Origin: Candidatus Heimdallarchaeota archaeon
GTDB lineage: Archaea; Asgardarchaeota; Heimdallarchaeia; Heimdallarchaeales; Heimdallarchaeaceae
Assembly (NCBI GenBank): GCA_016839945.1
Contig: JAEOTE010000125.1
Location: forward strand, 1 to 32,057
Length of the DNA stretch: 32,057 nt
Direction of reading: 5' to 3'
Shown here: piece by piece, positions 18,394 through 26,829 of the stretch
Position numbering within the stretch: position 1 is the stretch's first letter
How the letters are laid out: every line of letters starts with the position of its first letter
Program-made: the position numbers and the translations under genes
Notes under the pieces: generated by a model
The model's input: the letters and a program-made list of their open reading frames with translations, nothing else
What the model was told of the DNA's origin: nothing
The model's database searches: none

Positions 18394-19308
18394 TTGGGAA
18401 ATACTATGTCTAACGGAATTGATTTTGGTGGCATTTTTACAATGCTAATACCAATCCTAGTTTTTATTGCTCTATATTTAGGTTTTTATGTATGGGGTAA
18501 ATTTGCTAATAGAAAAAAGAAAGAAGGTTATTTTGACGATGTTCTAACCTCTTTAGATCCATTTATACTCAACTATTCAAGAAAAGATCCTAATGATAGG
18601 CAAGTAGAAATTAGAACTCAACTGAATGAAGAATTTTTAGTTACAAGTGCATCAACTTGGTTGATTCTATTACCTAGAACAAGTTTTCCAACAATGCTTG
18701 TTGATGGATTATTTTTTAGAAATAAAGATTCCGTTGGAATTGCTGCTAACTTTGCAGAAAAACCTAGAGTCCTCTTTGAGGTAATCCCATATCGATTAAA
18801 ATCTGCAATCAGGAAAGACTTTGATTACCTTGTAGAAATCGATGATATTGCTACACCAAATGTAGAGGTTAACGAATCTTTCCTTATCAAATCTAATAAA
18901 CCAAGAGTACTAAATCAATTAGTTAGAAGTAAAATGTTCACAAAAAATTTAGAGAATTACACAAAAGAATTACAATGGATATCTGTTAGAACAGACGAAC
19001 CAAATTTCGAGATGAAGTTTAGCATATCAGACAAACCTGCAGATCTTCTAGCATTAATGAAAATGACAATGACCATTTTGAAATTTTTTGGTCAAGTTAC
19101 TGAAAAAACTAAAGACCAACCAATACCTGTTGTATTAAAGAAAGAAACTAAGAAACTATCAGAAAAGGAAAAACAAAAACAGGAAAAAGAAAAAGAGAAA
19201 TATCTCAAAGAAAGAGAAAAACGTAGAGAGAAAGCTAGAAAAGAGGAAGAAAGAAGAGCTAAGAAAAGAGCAAAAGAGGAAGAAAGAGCTAAAAGAAAAG
19301 GTAGTTAA
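18394..19308 (+). CDS. Single-pass membrane protein, CCDC47/DUF1682 (PAT complex subunit)-like, with a charged coiled-coil tail
   Basis: N-terminal TM ending in WGKFANRK, a globular cytosolic domain, and a long K/E/R-rich C-terminal helix; collinear by eye with recalled CCDC47 motifs. Start is TTG 18394 or ATG 18406. Confidence 0.6.
   Translation: MGNTMSNGIDFGGIFTMLIPILVFIALYLGFYVWGKFANRKKKEGYFDDVLTSLDPFILNYSRKDPNDRQVEIRTQLNEEFLVTSASTWLILLPRTSFPTMLVDGLFFRNKDSVGIAANFAEKPRVLFEVIPYRLKSAIRKDFDYLVEIDDIATPNVEVNESFLIKSNKPRVLNQLVRSKMFTKNLENYTKELQWISVRTDEPNFEMKFSISDKPADLLALMKMTMTILKFFGQVTEKTKDQPIPVVLKKETKKLSEKEKQKQEKEKEKYLKEREKRREKARKEEERRAKKRAKEEERAKRKGS
19239..19300 (+). repeat. Short intragenic duplication (33-bp period) encoding KEEERRAK / KEEERAK
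   Basis: aaaagaggaagaaaga occurs at 19239 and 19272 within the charged tail. Confidence 0.55.
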
Positions 19309-19474
19309 AACTATACTTTCCCTCTTTCAATGTTTTCATATTTCATAGTGTTTAAGGCAATAATTTATATAGTTTCAAGAAAGAAAAATCTTGAAAATAT
19401 TTATTTAAATTCAGCTATAACATCGATTGTTAACTATTTTATAATATACGAGTAATATGAGGTAAAGGTAAGAA

Positions 19475-20332
19475 ATGACAAATACAAAAATGAAAATTAT
19501 AGTTGATAGCACTAGTGATATCCCTGAAGAATTTGTTAAGAAGTACGATATTGATATAGTTCCTGTTTATATCCAATATGATGACAAAATGTATGCTGAT
19601 AGGTTTGAGCTTAAATCTTCTGAGTTTTATAATGTTTTAAGAGAAGTTGATGAGCTACCAACAACTTCGGCCCCTCCTCCTAAAGATTTCTGGGAAAAAA
19701 TTACTGATAGTGTAAAGGATTATTCTTCAATTTTTATAATTACTTTGACTTCTAAACTTTCAGCAACATTTCAGAGTGCAAAAATCGCTGCATCTAAAAT
19801 GAAGAATGTAAAAGTTCATCTTTTAGACTCAAAATTTGGTTCAGGTGTAGCTACATTTTTATCTATTGCAGCTGCAAAACTGTCAAGAAAAGGAGTTCCA
19901 GCAGAAGAAATAGTTGAAAGAGTAGAAAAATTGAGAGATGAATCGATACTTGTTGGTTATGTTGATAATCTTGAAAATCTTAAGAAATCTGGAAGAATTT
20001 CTAACTTAAAATACTTTGTAGCAACAATAACAAATTCTAAACCAATTTTAGAGTTACGAGATGGAATTCTTGAAGCGATTGGTAAAGCATCAGGAAAACA
20101 GAAAGCTATTAGGAAAGTAATTTCGTCATTAATGGATAAAGTGAATAAAGATAAGAAGTATGATATGATGATAACTCATGGCGATGATATTGAAACAGCT
20201 GAATTTCTAATGAAGAAACTAGAAAAGAAAATACCAATCAGAGAAAAACTCATTAGTCATCTGACTCCAGCTTTAGGGGTTCATTTGGGTATTGGAACAG
20301 TTGTTGTCTCTTTAGTTCCAATTATTGATTAA
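19475..20332 (+). CDS. DegV family fatty-acid-binding protein (FakB-like)
   Basis: IIVDSTSD, PTTSAP, SKLSATFQSA, LKKSGRI, KPIL and LGVHLG motifs. Confidence 0.93.
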   Translation: MTNTKMKIIVDSTSDIPEEFVKKYDIDIVPVYIQYDDKMYADRFELKSSEFYNVLREVDELPTTSAPPPKDFWEKITDSVKDYSSIFIITLTSKLSATFQSAKIAASKMKNVKVHLLDSKFGSGVATFLSIAAAKLSRKGVPAEEIVERVEKLRDESILVGYVDNLENLKKSGRISNLKYFVATITNSKPILELRDGILEAIGKASGKQKAIRKVISSLMDKVNKDKKYDMMITHGDDIETAEFLMKKLEKKIPIREKLISHLTPALGVHLGIGTVVVSLVPIID

Positions 20333-20350
20333 TTCACAACGATATTCATA

Positions 20351-21895
20351 TTAGATCTCTTTAGCTTTAAATTGCATTGCTAAATCTATGACTTTCCATA
20401 TGTGTTCAGGAATATCTGAAGCCATTAATCCAACTCCATATCTTTCAGCTGCATGCTCTCCAGCTTTGCCAGAAATATAAGCTCCTAGGCAAGCTGAAAT
20501 GAAAGGATCGTTGTTCACAGATAAGATAGCAGCAACAATTCCTGTGAGTGTATCACCAGTGCCAGCAACTGTCATTCCTGCATGACCTGTTTGGTTGATT
20601 TTGGTTCTATTTCCATCTGAAATAATGTCTAAGTGACCTTTGAGGAGGATTGTAGTTTGCCATTTTGTAGCAACTTCAGCGACAATTGTGCAATCTTCTT
20701 CTAAATCACCTGTTAGTTTTCTTTTGAATATTTTTGTAAACTCTCCTCTATGTGGGGTTAATACTGAATTATGATATTGCAATAAAAATAGATGTTCCTC
20801 ATCCATAATACTCAAAGCACTTGCATCAATTATGATGTTTCTTTTTTCCTTATTACTTAGTAATTCTAGAAGTGTTTCTTTCGTAGTATCTGTTTCCATC
20901 ATACCTGGTCCAATGACAAATGTTGAACCTTTCAATCTTGGATGTTTATACATTCTAATAATATCAGATGATTCAATTTCTCCCTCATGAGCTGGTATCG
21001 TAATAAAATCAGGAGCAAAAGATGCGACGGTATTCCTAATATCAGTGGGAGTTAAAATAAATATCAGATCTGCTCCAGTACGAAATGCTCCCATTCCAGC
21101 TAAAACTGGAGCTCCAATATACTCTTTTGAACCAGCTATTACTGTAACAACTCCGTTTTGTCTTTTATGACTATCCACACGTCTTTTGGGGAAAAACCAT
21201 TTGAGATCACCAATCCCCACATATTTCTCAGAATCAATAGGAATGCCAATATCTCGAACAATAACTTCAGCTTTTGGAAAATCTCCTTCCTTTATCTTAT
21301 TTCTGCCTAAACAGACAATTTTGTTTGCATTTCGAATATATAACTTATTTTCTTCCTCTGGATTGTAACCAGATGGAATATCTAATGCCAATAGGTTTCC
21401 TTTATATTTTGAATTAAGATATTCAATCATTGATTTATATGGCTCTCGTGGAGTTCCAGTAATTCCTATTCCCAGAAGTGCATCAACAATAACAACATCC
21501 TTTTCAAGATTATAAAAGATGTTCTCAACTTGTTTAACTTCTTTTACATAAGATATCTTCTTTTGTGGCAAAATTTCCTTTAACTTCTTGAAGTTCTCTT
21601 GAGAAGCAAGAGAATTGAATTTCTTTTTTTCTCCAAATAAAAACAAAGAACACTCATAGTTTTTTTGAAGTAAGTATTTGATTGCTACGACTCCATCTCC
21701 TCCATTGTTTCCATATCCTGCTAATATTGCTATATTTTTACTTGAAACACTCTTTGCAAACTTATCTACTTCTTCTGCTACAACTTTACCTGCAACCTCC
21801 ATCATTTCAAAGATTGTAATTCCTGTAGCAAATGCATTATCTTCTAAAGCTCTAGTCATTCGTATTGTAAAAAAACCATTTGTCTGTTTATTCAT
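20351..21895 (-). CDS. nnr: Bifunctional NAD(P)H-hydrate epimerase/dehydratase (YjeF; NnrE-NnrD)
   Basis: GYGNNGGDG, DALLGIG and LDIPSG (epimerase); SHK..NG..VIAGS..Y.GA, IGPG, LTPHRGEF and AGTGDTLTG (dehydratase). Confidence 0.95.
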   Translation of the reverse strand: MNKQTNGFFTIRMTRALEDNAFATGITIFEMMEVAGKVVAEEVDKFAKSVSSKNIAILAGYGNNGGDGVVAIKYLLQKNYECSLFLFGEKKKFNSLASQENFKKLKEILPQKKISYVKEVKQVENIFYNLEKDVVIVDALLGIGITGTPREPYKSMIEYLNSKYKGNLLALDIPSGYNPEEENKLYIRNANKIVCLGRNKIKEGDFPKAEVIVRDIGIPIDSEKYVGIGDLKWFFPKRRVDSHKRQNGVVTVIAGSKEYIGAPVLAGMGAFRTGADLIFILTPTDIRNTVASFAPDFITIPAHEGEIESSDIIRMYKHPRLKGSTFVIGPGMMETDTTKETLLELLSNKEKRNIIIDASALSIMDEEHLFLLQYHNSVLTPHRGEFTKIFKRKLTGDLEEDCTIVAEVATKWQTTILLKGHLDIISDGNRTKINQTGHAGMTVAGTGDTLTGIVAAILSVNNDPFISACLGAYISGKAGEHAAERYGVGLMASDIPEHIWKVIDLAMQFKAKEI

Positions 21896-21956
21896 CGAAT
21901 ATAGTTATTTTTGCTTTCTAATAACTTTTTTTAAATAAATAAAAAGGGGGAAGCTT

Positions 21957-22526
21957 CTAAACAATCCCCAAATATTTACGTGCTTTTTTATGCTCTTTTT
22001 CTAATTCGATTTTAAGAGCAGAGGTCAATTCATCCCCTATTAATATTTTTTCCTGGAAATCAATGAAGGCAGTCTCAAAGGAACTAAGAGAATTATCAAT
22101 AAGTTCTTCTTCATTATCACTTTTTTCAATAAAAGTGATTGTTTTACTCAAGTTTTTTGTGATTGTCTGCAAGAGTTCTGCAGCTTCTTCTTCGTTTTTG
22201 CAAAAACTTAGTATCTTTTTAGGAGTTTTAAGTGGAAAATCTAATCCTTCCATCTCTGTCATTAAATCATACATTTCTGCATTAATGCCCTCCAATTCAT
22301 TAAATAATGATCCTAGTGATGAAAGGTTGGATAGTATAACTTCTTTCTGTTTTGCAACGTCTTTTTTTTCTTTGACAACTTTTCGTATGTCATGAATCAC
22401 TTTTGGTCCAATATCGACAATTGTCTTTGTATTCTTACTCCATTTATTGCTTACTTCATCTAAATTCTCTTGAAAAGATCCTGTTGCGTATGCAAGAGAG
22501 TCTGTCCTTCTATATTCATTCTCCAT
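21957..22526 (-). CDS. Hypothetical all-alpha/coiled-coil acidic protein (probable start ATG 22526)
   Basis: Long ORF of helical composition; AGGTGA ribosome-binding motif precedes ATG 22526. The track start at 22535 is a GTG inside that motif. Confidence 0.7.
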   Translation of the reverse strand: MENEYRRTDSLAYATGSFQENLDEVSNKWSKNTKTIVDIGPKVIHDIRKVVKEKKDVAKQKEVILSNLSSLGSLFNELEGINAEMYDLMTEMEGLDFPLKTPKKILSFCKNEEEAAELLQTITKNLSKTITFIEKSDNEEELIDNSLSSFETAFIDFQEKILIGDELTSALKIELEKEHKKARKYLGIV

Positions 22527-22722
22527 ACATATCACCTATGGAATCGAAAGGGTATAACTATAATTATTAAAAATGAAAATGAAAAAATACAAGCATTCCC
22601 TTTCGGAAACATTACATGAATAACTTATCATGTACATAATTAAACTTAACGTTAGATTCAAGGATAACTTTTTTTCTCAAAAATCGATGACTTAAAAATA
22701 ACATGAACTAAGTGTCATCAAA

Positions 22723-23724
22723 ATGCCTTACTCTATGAATTCCAATGATGTGAAAGGAAAAACCTTGGATGTTCAACTGTACATTTCTCAATGCGCCTCT
22801 TTGGCACACAGTCTCTTGTATATGACTCAAAAACCAGGTGGGGCATCATTTTCTAAAGAATTTGAAGACACAAAATCTGAGCATTTTCTTGCTGGGGGAA
22901 GTAGCTTATTCTCTCCTATATTCGGTTTGGCAAAAAGAGGGATGCTAGTAGCTGAGAATCATCTGTGGTATGAGGATGCTGAAATTGGTTTCTTCATTAT
23001 GAAGGGATTAGAAAAAGCCAAAACTTGGTACACACCATCAGGAAATACAATCCTTGGGACCATAATAATGTTTACTCCAATAACACTTGCTGTTGCATAC
23101 AACTATGCCAATGAAGGAATGAAAACTAATATCAAACTCAATCTTGATAATGTTGCAAATATAAGCGAACAATTTCTCAAATATTCAACCACTGAAGATT
23201 GTATTTACCTTACAAAAGCGTTGAATAAATTCGTATCTGATAGGATTCTTCCTTCTGATAAAGAAGATGATGATTTTAATTCTTTTATTCAAATACATCA
23301 GCATGAAAGAACTAATTTGTTTGAGTACTTAAAATTCTATGAAAATAGAGATCTAGTTTTCTATGATTTGTCTCATAAGTATCATATCACATTAAAACAT
23401 GGATTTCCAACATTCACAAGAGTTTTTGAAGAAAATCAAAATTTCAAAAATGCAATAACACAGACATATATTACACTTCTATCTGAAAGAAAAGATACTC
23501 ACTTAGCAAAAAGATTTGGTAATGAAATAGCAACTGAAGTGAAAAAGAAAGCTAAAGATGTTATTAAGGCTGGTGGAATCTTTACTGAAGAAGGAAAAGA
23601 TTTAATCCTAGATTTAGACAGATACTTACGAACAACAAAGAAGAGGATTATAAATCCAGGCTCAATAGCTGATATTACTGCTACTACTGTTTTTCTAGCA
23701 CTGCTTCAGGGATATCGTCCTTAA
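22723..23724 (+). CDS. citG: Triphosphoribosyl-dephospho-CoA synthase (CitG/MdcB) family protein, archaeal type
   Basis: KPGG, GNT.LG.I..F.P, DTHLAKRFG and NPGSIADITA motifs. Confidence 0.85.
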   Translation: MPYSMNSNDVKGKTLDVQLYISQCASLAHSLLYMTQKPGGASFSKEFEDTKSEHFLAGGSSLFSPIFGLAKRGMLVAENHLWYEDAEIGFFIMKGLEKAKTWYTPSGNTILGTIIMFTPITLAVAYNYANEGMKTNIKLNLDNVANISEQFLKYSTTEDCIYLTKALNKFVSDRILPSDKEDDDFNSFIQIHQHERTNLFEYLKFYENRDLVFYDLSHKYHITLKHGFPTFTRVFEENQNFKNAITQTYITLLSERKDTHLAKRFGNEIATEVKKKAKDVIKAGGIFTEEGKDLILDLDRYLRTTKKRIINPGSIADITATTVFLALLQGYRP

Positions 23725-24772
23725 CTATAACTTCTTGTTCAAACATCTTCTTGGTGGTTTCTAGTAATTTTGTAGCTGATACTGGCTTTTCATATTCTAG
23801 AATAATTAGTCTATTTAATAGTTTTATTAGAAGTGTTGAATCCTGATCTGTAGAAATGATTTGAACATGAACTGGAGAGTTAAATAAATATTGAAATCCT
23901 TTTTCTGCAGCTTTAAAGAGATCATGCAATGCTTTATGCTTATCAGAAATTTTTTCATCAGTTAAGACAGATACCAAACTCCTTCCATAGATATCTATTC
24001 TATCTGGTTTGAAAGTTTCTAAAAATGTTTTTTCTATCTGTTTGTGTGGTTTTGTCTTAAATTGTCTATATTTTTTAACAACAAGTTCTTCGATTTTAGA
24101 TTCCATTATAATTACAGCAAATGGGAGTACTATTGTTTGTACTACGTTTCCCCCATGAGTTAGTAAATAGCAATTTCCTTTATTGCATTCATTAATTTTG
24201 GATGAGATCTTACGTAGACTCTTGCTTAATACTTGATAAATTGAGAAACTGTCTATATTGTAGTTAGGTGCATTTGCTCTTACAACCAAAGGTTGGTTTT
24301 CGACAGAAAACAAACACCATGCTGTGAGTTTTTTCCCTTCAGCTGATTCAATTAAAGTGTTAGCGATTTCTGTTCCACATTGAAGCAGTATCTCTTTGCA
24401 TTCATCATGGAATTTCTGAAAAACACTTACATTTCCTGCAAAATTCTCAACTTCTTCCTTATAATTCTCTGTGAAATAATCAGAAATACATGCACTTACA
24501 TATTCTGCATATTCGTTGGGCATTTCATCCGATACTTGAAGAATGAAAATAAGTGATTCCTTAGATTTGAGTAGATACTGACTTTCTTCCAATAAAACCC
24601 TTGAAAGTTTTTCTTTCTCTGTTTCTTCAACAAATCTTAGAATAGCCGTAATAAGACCAGAAACTAAAACCTCATCTCCCCTAGAATACTCTTTATAGTC
24701 AAAAACGGGTAATCCATGTTCAGTTATTATGAGTATTCTTTTAATTAGCAAGTAGTCAACTCCATATATCAA
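23684..24772 (-). CDS. Soluble longin-like domain protein with two further roadblock/longin-like repeats
   Basis: N-terminal ILIITEHGLPVF...DEVLVSGLITAILRF...F.GNV..F..F is the Asgard longin pattern; the two following ~110-aa segments show alpha-beta-beta-alpha-beta-beta-beta patterning. Confidence 0.7.
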   Translation of the reverse strand: MIYGVDYLLIKRILIITEHGLPVFDYKEYSRGDEVLVSGLITAILRFVEETEKEKLSRVLLEESQYLLKSKESLIFILQVSDEMPNEYAEYVSACISDYFTENYKEEVENFAGNVSVFQKFHDECKEILLQCGTEIANTLIESAEGKKLTAWCLFSVENQPLVVRANAPNYNIDSFSIYQVLSKSLRKISSKINECNKGNCYLLTHGGNVVQTIVLPFAVIIMESKIEELVVKKYRQFKTKPHKQIEKTFLETFKPDRIDIYGRSLVSVLTDEKISDKHKALHDLFKAAEKGFQYLFNSPVHVQIISTDQDSTLLIKLLNRLIILEYEKPVSATKLLETTKKMFEQEVIVKDDIPEAVLEKQ

Positions 24773-25637
24773 ATATATTTAACGTTTGTAATATCTCTTC
24801 TTTCTTTGGAATATCTCCTAAAACTTTCTGCTTGGAAACTATTGTATTAATTAAAGACACTAATTTGGTCTTAGATTTAAGCTGAACCACTTGTTGGAAA
24901 AACATGAAATTATAATGGTATAAGTGTAATAAATAATTATCCAAACAAGCATGTTGCAATACAATGAAGAAATTTGTGTCTCCAAACTTAGTTTTTTTAG
25001 GATTTTTTGGAAATAAATAATCTTCTTTTTTGGAAGATAAGAAAATCAGACTATTAAGAAAGTCTTTATTCTGAGGAGAAAACACTTCTGGAGAACTGAA
25101 TATCACAAACCTACCTCTTCTTTTATAAGCTGCAATAACAATTGGTTTATCATCGATAAGAGCAAGAGGGATGTATTTCTTTATTCCTGATTCTTTCATG
25201 AATTTTTTATTGCTGTTATAGTCTATCACATGTGCTTTTGTTACCATTAATTTAGTTCCAACAAGTCTTGTTTCTTCTGCAATCTTTGGAAGTCCATAAA
25301 CGAATTTTGATTGAAAGGATATCCCTAACTCTTCACTCATCTCTCCGAAAAATCTCCCTAACTCTTCCCATTTTTTTGGTGAAGGAAGTGTAAGAATCAG
25401 GCATCCACCAATATCTATGTAAGATGTTAATTCGATAAAAAGCTCTTGATTTAATTTTTTCTTAGGCAATCCTATAAACAGAACATGTGATTTCTCTAGT
25501 GTTTTTCTATCTAGTCCGCCACTGACTTTTTTAATAACATTAAACTTTATTTGTGCAGTTTCAGAATCTATTGAATCTATAATCTCTTTTGCTTTAATTT
25601 GTTCATTTAGGGTGGTATCAATAGAACAAACTTTCAT
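24756..25637 (-). CDS. GIFT (GldG/IFT52)/class-I-glutamine-amidotransferase-like fold protein, no signal peptide
   Basis: LEKSHVLFIGLPKKKL....IELTSYIDIGGCLIL...LGISF and GRFVIFSSPEVF...N..FL patterns. Confidence 0.6.
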   Translation of the reverse strand: MKVCSIDTTLNEQIKAKEIIDSIDSETAQIKFNVIKKVSGGLDRKTLEKSHVLFIGLPKKKLNQELFIELTSYIDIGGCLILTLPSPKKWEELGRFFGEMSEELGISFQSKFVYGLPKIAEETRLVGTKLMVTKAHVIDYNSNKKFMKESGIKKYIPLALIDDKPIVIAAYKRRGRFVIFSSPEVFSPQNKDFLNSLIFLSSKKEDYLFPKNPKKTKFGDTNFFIVLQHACLDNYLLHLYHYNFMFFQQVVQLKSKTKLVSLINTIVSKQKVLGDIPKKEEILQTLNIFDIWS

Positions 25638-25700
25638 CTAAAATAGAATTGGATGAGTTAATATAAACTTGTTGCGATTGAGGAAGAAGTTTGATTTACT

Positions 25701-26762
25701 TCAATCTTGTTTTTTGGCTTTTATTATCTTCCTTAAATCTCTTCTCAGCTTTCTCGCTGCATTGCTTTCAGGAGCAAAACGTAGAGATGTTGTTACTTCT
25801 TCATATGCATCTTGAAATTCTTCTTTCACCTTTAAACTTACAGCTCTCAAAAGGTGTGCTTTTGCAGATGTATGAGGTACATTTAGCTTCTCCTCTTCCA
25901 CAATAGCTAATACTCTTCCTGTATATTGTAAAACTTTCTCATGCTTATTTTCTTGAGCATATAGGACTGATATTTTGGATAAAATACCTATATTTCCATC
26001 ATCATTTTCTATATAGTGTTCAAGTAATTCTATGCTTTTTCCTCTTAAATCGGAAATATTGTAATAATCAGCTGCTTTAGTTAATAAAAGGGGATTTTTA
26101 ATTTCGGAGAAATGCATTACTCTATAATAAAAAAACAAATACAGTCCTGCACCAACAATAACTGCAAGAAATTGACATATGATGAAGAATATATCTTCTG
26201 ACAAGAATGCTGATGAAAATGGAAGATAGAGTAAACCTGCACATATCAAACCTGTTACACTAATCCATACCCAGAAACGTGTTCCAAAGAGAAGTATGAA
26301 CCTTTTCTGACGTATTGTTTTTTCATCTTCCCCCTCAATCTCTGTTATCACTTGAAGACTGTCTGTGACGGTTACATTTCCTGCGAATTCTATCAATGAA
26401 AAGACAAATAGTAGAATGTAAGTGTATATAATTGCTACATTAGTATAACGATCATCAGGACTGATATATCGTGTTAAAACTAATAAATTGTTAATAATAA
26501 GAGCGATTAAAGTATAATTTCTTAATATCTTAATGTGCACTAAGAATATTGAACGAGTATGATGTATTTGTTTTGGTAAAGGACGTCGACGAAATCTTGC
26601 TAATCCCCACCCTACTAGAACACTTACTGAAGCTGGAAAAGAAACAAAAGACATTGAAAGATCAACAAAAGAAAGCAAGAATACAATTGATCCCAAAATT
26701 ATCATGCCTAAATCTTCATTTGATAAAGCCATTTCTATTTCGTCTTCAAACATATTAATCAC
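25701..26762 (-). CDS. Multi-pass membrane protein with C-terminal TPR repeats
   Basis: About six hydrophobic segments, then TPR-like helices (AHLLRAVSL...FQDAYEEVTTSLRFAPESNAA). Confidence 0.75.
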   Translation of the reverse strand: MINMFEDEIEMALSNEDLGMIILGSIVFLLSFVDLSMSFVSFPASVSVLVGWGLARFRRRPLPKQIHHTRSIFLVHIKILRNYTLIALIINNLLVLTRYISPDDRYTNVAIIYTYILLFVFSLIEFAGNVTVTDSLQVITEIEGEDEKTIRQKRFILLFGTRFWVWISVTGLICAGLLYLPFSSAFLSEDIFFIICQFLAVIVGAGLYLFFYYRVMHFSEIKNPLLLTKAADYYNISDLRGKSIELLEHYIENDDGNIGILSKISVLYAQENKHEKVLQYTGRVLAIVEEEKLNVPHTSAKAHLLRAVSLKVKEEFQDAYEEVTTSLRFAPESNAARKLRRDLRKIIKAKKQD

Positions 26763-26829
26763 AACTCATTAGGTAAGTAAAAAAGTAAAGGTATTGATAA
26801 ATCTGACGTATAAACTAACAAAAATTAGT

